Origin: Candidatus Latescibacterota bacterium
Lineage (GTDB): Bacteria > Latescibacterota > UBA2968 > GCA-2709665
NCBI GenBank assembly: GCA_965237675.1
Contig: OZ250150.1
Coordinates: 992,001 to 1,056,000, forward strand
DNA length: 64,000 bases
Reading direction: 5' to 3'
The notes below the pieces were generated by a model. It made no database searches and had not been told where the DNA came from. It saw only the letters and a list, made by a program, of their open reading frames with translations. A program made the translations under genes and the position numbers. This document shows, one piece after another, positions 60,784 through 64,000 of this stretch (positions are counted from its first letter, which is position 1; each line of letters begins with the position of its first letter).

Positions 60784-62304
60784 ATGGCGATGAACTTACA
60801 GATTCGCCCCGATGAAGTCTCCGATATTCTCAAACAGCAGATTCTGGAGGCAGAACGGGATATTGACGTTTACGAAACCGGGACCGTGCTGCAGGTGGGC
60901 GATGGCGTGGCGCGCGTTCACGGGCTGGGCAACGCGCAGGCCAGTGAACTGGTGGCGTTCCCCAATAACATCATGGGCATGGCGTTCAACCTGGAAGAGG
61001 ACAACGTGGGCTGCGTCCTCTTCGGGGACGACACTGCAATCAAGGAAGGCGACCGGGTCAGGCGGACCGGACGCGTCGTCGAAGTGCCCGTGGGAGAAGA
61101 ATTGCTGGGCCGGGTGGTTACGCCTCTGGGTGAGCCGCTGGATGGAAAAGGGCCGATTCGCACCTCGCAGACGTTGCCCGTAGAACGGATTGCACCGGGG
61201 GTGATCCAGCGCCAGCCGGTGGAAGAAGCGCTACAGACGGGAATCAAGGTGGTGGATGCCGCAACGCCGATCGGACGCGGGCAGCGGGAGTTGATCATCG
61301 GCGACCGGCAGACCGGGAAGACGGCCATCGGGCTGGATGCAATCATCAACCAGAAGGACAGCGGCGTTAAATGTATCTATGTGGGCATCGGCCAGAAGGC
61401 GTCGTCCGTGGCCAAGGTGGTTGCCGAACTCGAGGCAAACGGCGCCCTGGCATATACAATCGTGGTATCGGCAACGGCCAGCGATCCGGCGCCGCTTCAG
61501 TTCCTCGCCCCCTATGCCGGATGTTCAATGGGCGAGTACTTCCGCGACAAGGGCGAACACGCACTGATTGTGTACGACGATCTCTCCAAGCAGGCATGGG
61601 CGTACAGGGAAATGGCCCTGGTCCTTCGCCGGCCCCCTGGGCGGGAAGCCTATCCCGGCGACGTATTCTACCTGCATTCACGCCTTCTGGAACGCGCCTG
61701 CAAATTGAGCGACGACAAGGGCGCGGGCTCTCTCACGGCGCTGCCCATCATCGAGATTCTGGAGGGGGACGTATCCACGTTCGTGCCCACCAACGTGATT
61801 TCGATAACGGATGGTCAGATTCTGCTGAAACCGGAATTGTTCTATTCCGGTATCCGTCCGGCAATGGACGTCGGCGCTTCCGTTTCCAGGGTCAGTTCGG
61901 CCAAAACACGGGCTATGAGGGCCGTTTCCGGCACGTTGAGCGGGGATATCGCGCGGTACAACGAGGTTCAGGCCTTTGCGCAATTCGGGGCCTCGGACCT
62001 GGACACGGCGACCCGCAACCTGCTGAACCGCGGCGAGAAACTGATCGAGATTCTCAAGCAGGACCAGTACGCTCCGATGTCGCTCGGGGAGCAGGTGGTA
62101 TCTCTTACCGTGGGTGCGAGCATCGACGAACTGCCCACGGCTGACGTAAGACGATTTGAAGCCGAAGTGCTCGCGTATATGCGCGACCACCACCAGGACG
62201 TGGTTGATGAGATCACGAGCAGCGAAGAGCTGCGCGACGAGGGGCGGGCCGTCATCGACACCGCCATTGAAAAAGTGAAGCGCGGCTTTCAGGCGTCGGC
62301 GTAG
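60784..62304 (+). CDS. atpA: ATP synthase F1 subunit alpha
   Basis: [31 protein letters not shown]. Confidence 0.97.
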   Translation: MAMNLQIRPDEVSDILKQQILEAERDIDVYETGTVLQVGDGVARVHGLGNAQASELVAFPNNIMGMAFNLEEDNVGCVLFGDDTAIKEGDRVRRTGRVVEVPVGEELLGRVVTPLGEPLDGKGPIRTSQTLPVERIAPGVIQRQPVEEALQTGIKVVDAATPIGRGQRELIIGDRQTGKTAIGLDAIINQKDSGVKCIYVGIGQKASSVAKVVAELEANGALAYTIVVSATASDPAPLQFLAPYAGCSMGEYFRDKGEHALIVYDDLSKQAWAYREMALVLRRPPGREAYPGDVFYLHSRLLERACKLSDDKGAGSLTALPIIEILEGDVSTFVPTNVISITDGQILLKPELFYSGIRPAMDVGASVSRVSSAKTRAMRAVSGTLSGDIARYNEVQAFAQFGASDLDTATRNLLNRGEKLIEILKQDQYAPMSLGEQVVSLTVGASIDELPTADVRRFEAEVLAYMRDHHQDVVDEITSSEELRDEGRAVIDTAIEKVKRGFQASA

Positions 62305-62323
62305 GCGCACGGGAGAGTAGCCG

Positions 62324-63175
62324 GTGGCAACATTGCGTCAGCTCAGAAACCGGGTGACCGGCGTCACAAATATCCAGAAAGTGACCCACGCCATGCAGTT
62401 GGTGGCCGCGGCCAGGGTGCGCAAAGCCCAGGACGCCATTCTGGCTGCCCGGCCCTATGCCGAACAGCTGGGCCGAATTCTTCGACGGCTAACCGCGAGC
62501 ATCGACGCGGATCGGCATCCCCTGTTCCGCCAGGGGGAATCCGGCCGAATCACCGTCGCCGTGGTGGCGGCAGACCGCGGTCTGTGTGGTGGCTTTAACG
62601 CCGGAATTTGCCGGAAGGTGCTATCGGAACTGGATAATCAGGGGGAAGTCGAACTGGTTGCTATCGGCAGGAAGGGGCGTGATTTCTTTCGCAAACGCGG
62701 ATATAGGATCAGCCGGGAATACCTGGACGTTTTTGCCGATTTGAATCTCGGTCAGGCCGTCCACATCGCGCGTGACCTGACAGCTCGTTTTATGTCCGGC
62801 GACGTGGATCAGGTGTGGATTGCCAACAACGAGTTCGTCTCGCTAGGCCGGCAGGATCCCGTGATCAACCAGCTTTTGCCAATTGTGCCCCAGGAGACCA
62901 ACGAAGAGAACCCTTCGGGCGAGTACATTTTCGAACCTGAACCCGAGCAGTTGCTGGATTCGCTGGTGCCCCGGCACGTGAACTTCCAGGTCTGGCGCGC
63001 CCTGCTGGAATCCAACGCAGGGGAGCAGGCCTCCCGTATGACGGCGATGGATAACGCGACAAAAAATGCCGGTGACCTGATTGAAGAATTGACGCGCGAG
63101 ATGAATAAAGAGCGCCAGTCTTCAATTACACTGGAGTTGATGGATATCATCGGCGGTGCGGAGGCGGTGGCGTAG
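62324..63175 (+). CDS. atpG: ATP synthase F1 subunit gamma
   Basis: K.T.AM..VAA, DRGLCGGFN, E...RM.AMD.AT.NA, RQ..IT.E. Confidence 0.96.
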   Translation: MATLRQLRNRVTGVTNIQKVTHAMQLVAAARVRKAQDAILAARPYAEQLGRILRRLTASIDADRHPLFRQGESGRITVAVVAADRGLCGGFNAGICRKVLSELDNQGEVELVAIGRKGRDFFRKRGYRISREYLDVFADLNLGQAVHIARDLTARFMSGDVDQVWIANNEFVSLGRQDPVINQLLPIVPQETNEENPSGEYIFEPEPEQLLDSLVPRHVNFQVWRALLESNAGEQASRMTAMDNATKNAGDLIEELTREMNKERQSSITLELMDIIGGAEAVA

Positions 63176-63200
63176 CAGTCCGTCATGCGAACCGGTTTGA

Positions 63201-64000
<800 letters not shown>

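Overview
GC-rich bacterial window with three zones. (1) 1-18.3 kb is a mixed housekeeping/catabolic region: partial Na+:solute symporter, heparinase II/III-like lyase, a DUF262+HEPN two-gene cassette, hemB, trpS preceded by a complete Trp-Trp leader-peptide attenuator missed by the ORF track, ADP-ribosylglycohydrolase, TonB receptor, triple-DUF4377 lipoprotein, PhyH dioxygenase/TIM epimerase pair, an ACP pseudogene, rhodanese, surE and an HpcH aldolase. (2) About 18.8-34.6 kb is a minus-strand type I restriction-modification defence island (hsdM-hsdS-hsdR-M48 peptidase) with cargo: an AKR-like gene, an RloC-like zinc-hook ABC ATPase split by an IS1380 element (CTAG target duplication), a methylase remnant, a two-gene DUF1828 cassette and a 56-codon ORF coupled to hsdR. 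(3) 36.9-64 kb is a co-directional bioenergetic super-cluster: nuoA-CD-E-F-G-H-J-K-L-M, then a 10-gene Mrp/Mnh antiporter block with three MrpD-like subunits, then nuoN and the F1Fo operon (cut inside atpD). nuoB and nuoI are absent, and a 165-bp MITE sits where nuoI would be, with a second copy between atpE and atpF. Gene content suggests (inference only) a marine or sponge-associated Latescibacterota/Gemmatimonadota-like organism. No rRNA, tRNA or CRISPR array was seen. All family assignments come from motif recognition, not database searches.
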